DNA of 63,211 nt, counting the filler, from Dirinaria sp. TL-2023a (lineage: Eukaryota): the NCBI GenBank assembly GCA_051941275.1. It is 18 parts of 18 records of this genome, joined end to end, with 100 filler letters (N's around TTAATTAATTAA, not from the genome) between each part and the next. Parts side by side here need not be neighbours in the genome. Positions count along the whole stretch, not along the records: positions 59,847 to 63,211 come from JAVEBF010002060.1; 17 more parts are not named here. One strand, given 5' to 3'. Below, in pieces: positions 59,847 to 63,211 of the stretch (its first letter is position 1; the number at the start of each line of letters is the position of its first letter). The notes under the pieces were generated by a model. The model searched no databases. It had not been told where the DNA came from and saw nothing but the letters and a program-made list of their open reading frames with translations. The position numbers and the translations under genes are program-made.

Positions 59847-62800
59847 GGGAAGCGGCGGCGCGGGGCACCATTTTCCCCCCCGTCAGCGTCTCGACCAGGA
59901 GGATGAAGGGCGCGATGCCGAGGACGTTGTGGTGCGAGGAGAACGGGGTGAGCCAGTGCACGGCGAGGTTGTGGACCCAGACCACCAGCACGGGGCCATT
60001 GATGGGCAGGAGCCACAGCATGAGGATCAGGATCGAGTGCGTGTAGTTGTAGAAATCTGCGTGCGGCGGGGATTTGAACCGCGTCTCGCGCGCGACGCGC
60101 AGGGCTTTGGTGCAGGTTGCTATCTGGACGAGGCAGGCGACGAGGTAGGCGAATTGGTAGGGGATGAAGGTGGAGACCATTAGGAGGAGGAGGCTGGTGG
60201 TTATTAGGCGGCGGCGCGGCGAGTTTGCGGTAAAGACTGGGGCGACGGCTTTCCTATGGATTCGGGTCAGCGGCAAGCTGGAATACGTGCAGGAGGAAGT
60301 ATGATGGGTAATACCTGTCGTCGCCTTTCGTCCACGAAAGTCTAGGAACCAAGGATGAATACATTATTGAAAGGAAATAGGTTAAACCCAACGCAGCGTA
60401 GTTGACCAGCACACAAACGCCTGCGCTAATTAGACCGGCTAGAGGGACGAGGAACCAGAACGTAGGATCTTGTGAGCCAAGCAGAAGATCGTTCTTCGTG
60501 TAGTCGATCGCTGCTTCCGTAGCGTTTGCCTTCCAGTGGAACATCGCAGGCTTCGATGGAGTGGACGAGGCTATGGCTAAGGACATGCCAAGGAATATTA
60601 GGGCAAGGAGGATTAAAGGCAGAGATGTTCGAAGGCAGAGGCTCATGGCCTCGGAGAACGTCACGAAGAAACCTGCAGTAAGTCAGAAAATGCAGCTACT
60701 CCAGAGACCAACGAGCACGCACCGTAGTCATTGTAGATCTTGAATTGTTTTCGTAGCACCATGGCCACTACAAGCAAGGGAAATGCCGCAAGGACCATTC
60801 GATAGCGCATCACGAGTTTACCCAGGGTACCCGGAAGGTCAACCCTCAAGGAAACATCCAGCGACGAACCACACGTAGGATCAGACCAAAGCTGCAGCGA
60901 CACACCGTTGGTCAAAGCCTGATTCCGCAGTGGAGGTGGCATGAAAGGCGCAATGCCGTGCAGACTGATGTTGACCTCCTTGACATTGACAAAGTATTTC
61001 GACTCATGCGGATCTGACACGTACTGCCGTAGTAGAGGCGTGAATAACTCGACTTGGTCACCGCACACTTGCTTGCCCAATTTGAGCTTGAAAGCGAGCA
61101 GACTGGATTGCAATGCTGGTATGTGGATGTCGGTGACTACGGGTCGTCTCGCGGAGAGTTTGAAATGCGCACCGAAAGTCAGGAGTTTTTGCAAGCCGAT
61201 TTGTGACTCCACATGCGATTCACTGTCATCACTAAAATCGGCAATGACCCAGCCGTCACTCGGCGTCGCTGCTTTATCGACAACGGCCACGAACTGATGC
61301 TCGGCAAGGTCTTCCAGCGTGTATTGCAGATACGAGAAGGGCGGCTCCAGATCGAATGGGTGCACTGAAGTCCTTGTCGATGCTGGTAGAGGTATGCGAT
61401 CGGAAGCGGCGTTCTTGCAGGCTAGCCGCGAAGATCCAGAAGTACCATCGGAGAGATCCACATTCATTGAGAACAGCGTTGCTGACTGGCCCTGGGTTAG
61501 AGAGAACACACTACAGAAGAGTACTTCGAGATTGCCATTGGACCCGGACTTATCAAGCGGTTGGTCTGACAAGAGAGTGAATTCTCTAGCTCCCGGTGTT
61601 GCTTGTGGAGGGATAGGAAGCAAGTGCGCTTTGGCTTTTCTGGTCTGGCCAAAACCCCTGAGTACCAATTTTCGGCCCACTGGGAGGATTGAATTAGAGT
61701 TGTCTTCCAGAGTCAGTAGCGTTGAAGGTTCTTGCTGCGGCAAAGTTTTCTCCGCATTCTCTTCCATGCCGGTCAACAACCATCTCTTAAACACACGCAT
61801 CCTCTCAGCTCTAGGCTTTGTCTGGCTCGGACGCCGTACGTCAATAGTGTCAAAGATAGATCTTATTATGGGTTTTACAAGCTGGGCGCACCAGACCATA
61901 GCCAGATGATCGGCACCTGTCCACACGTTGGGCATGGAAGAAGTGAAAACAGTGAAGCCGTGAGTGGCCGGGACAAGCGAGGAAAGGCTGGCGTAATCTG
62001 ACGGAACCACAGTATCCAACCCTCCACCAGCAATTGAGATCAGAGTGACGTGCCACAGCGGATTATCGCTCGCCCACTTTTGTGAGTATGCTTCTCTCCA
62101 GTAGTTGTTGGTCTGCTTGTAAGTCCGAACGATATCGCCATCAAAGGCTACAGGTGGTCGTGCGTGCGGCGTCGACATTGTGACGATCGTGTTGACCGAG
62201 TTGGACTGGTAATTAGGCATTATGAGCATCGTGCGAGCCACAATCCCTCCCATCGAATGGCCAACAAGGACGACGGAGCTGGGGTCTGGCAAAGCAGGAT
62301 CGCGTTGAGAGCGGCGCGGATCATGGTAGAGAGAGAGAATATATGCGACGGCATCGTTCAGGTATTCGGCTTGGTCTAGCAGCGTTTGACCATGGAAGGC
62401 AGTAAAGTCTTCGTTAAAATCAATTGTGAAGAAATCGATGCTCGTTGCCCCCTCCTTCAGTGCGCTGGGGTCCTGCGCAATCGTGTTATAGTAGTATTGC
62501 GCGGACTCGGAGCCTAGCGACCTGGCCTGCTTGTAACTTCCAGCATTTCCGGGTATGAATAGTACAGGAACCCCTTTGACCTGGAATTGATCAGCTTGGC
62601 GAGACTCATGGGCTCGTGCATCTCACCCTCTGATCCTCATCGATTCCGACTTCCCTGTAGATGTGTAGCGAGTACTTGCTTGCGAACCGAGTGTGTTCTC
62701 TGTCGAAATCATCGAACTTGATGAATATCCCCCGGGACCAGTACATCTCACAGCCCTTCGGATCCAGCTGCCGAGTGACGAAGGAATGAATTATTGAGAG

Positions 62801-63166
62801 CAGGGCGATGACAGCCATGACTGTAGCAGATAAGGTGAGGAGCGAACATGACCAGGGCGATCTCGCGCGCCGTCGCCGCCAGCCTCGTAATCCGGGCATA
62901 CTGTCTGCGGGTGCGACGTCCGGGGCGAGTGGGTCTTTCGAGAGGCCTTCCCTGGGACCACTTGCGGGTTTCCAGCCATTGGGTGCTGTCCGGGCAGGGG
63001 ATGGCAATTTCTCGCCTTTCCTTCGATCGAGGGTGTCGGAATGTCTGCTGAGGTCGAATTTGGCGGAAGTAAAGCTCCGCCTCTGATCCTCCTGAACGGG
63101 CGGCGGAGCCTCAGCCGAGGGGACATGGGTGAAGTCCTCATCCGAGCCGGATGATCTTCTTCGCAT
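59847..63166 (-). CDS. BST1: GPI inositol-deacylase (PGAP1 family), 3' partial
   Basis: FDREHTRFASKYSLHIYRE, GVPVLFIPGNAGSYKQARSL, DFNEDFTAFHGQTLLDQAEY, VGHSMGGIVAR and a C-terminal TM region with NFYNYxHS-like and PVLVVWVHNL motifs. Confidence 0.96.
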
Positions 63167-63211
63167 TGAATTGGGGGAGAAGCTGCATCCGGAACGTGTC
63201 AGAGGGGTGAG

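Noticed and set aside
1..63211. tRNA, 5S rRNA, snRNA or intact transposase/RT genes
   Set aside because: I recognised no convincing T-loop/cloverleaf, ATACTTACCTG U1 start, DDE or RT motifs by eye. tRNAscan-SE and Infernal would be needed to exclude them.

Overview
This window is fungal (filamentous ascomycete, Pezizomycotina) DNA and is not one continuous locus. It consists of 18 unrelated ~3.4-3.5 kb contigs in decreasing length order (3466 down to 3365 nt), joined by artificial N44-TTAATTAATTAA-N44 linkers, so adjacency across linkers means nothing. Recognisable intron-containing genes are a probable Mto2/Spa18-like protein, a Zn2Cys6 transcription factor, augmin subunit HAUS6, a PTH11-like membrane protein, a C2H2 transcription factor, a 3xCBM18 glyoxal oxidase (AA5_1), MRPL51 divergent from U1-70K, centrin, an alpha/beta-hydrolase-vWA fusion, an MFS transporter, Hsp31/DJ-1, an aldo-keto reductase and BST1. 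There are also two long unknown ORFs, several pseudogenes and one rDNA contig (28S 3' end, IGS, 18S 5' end). The most interesting signals are: (1) a probable frameshifting 'poison' micro-exon inside U1-70K intron 2; (2) a 100-bp tandem repeat in which every unit is an intron plus a mini-exon, in the 5' UTR of a small Cys-rich gene; (3) an RRM-like/SesB-like hydrolase/vWA fusion; (4) rDNA that looks Hypocreales-like and may come from a different organism than the protein genes. All calls are by eye, with no database searches.
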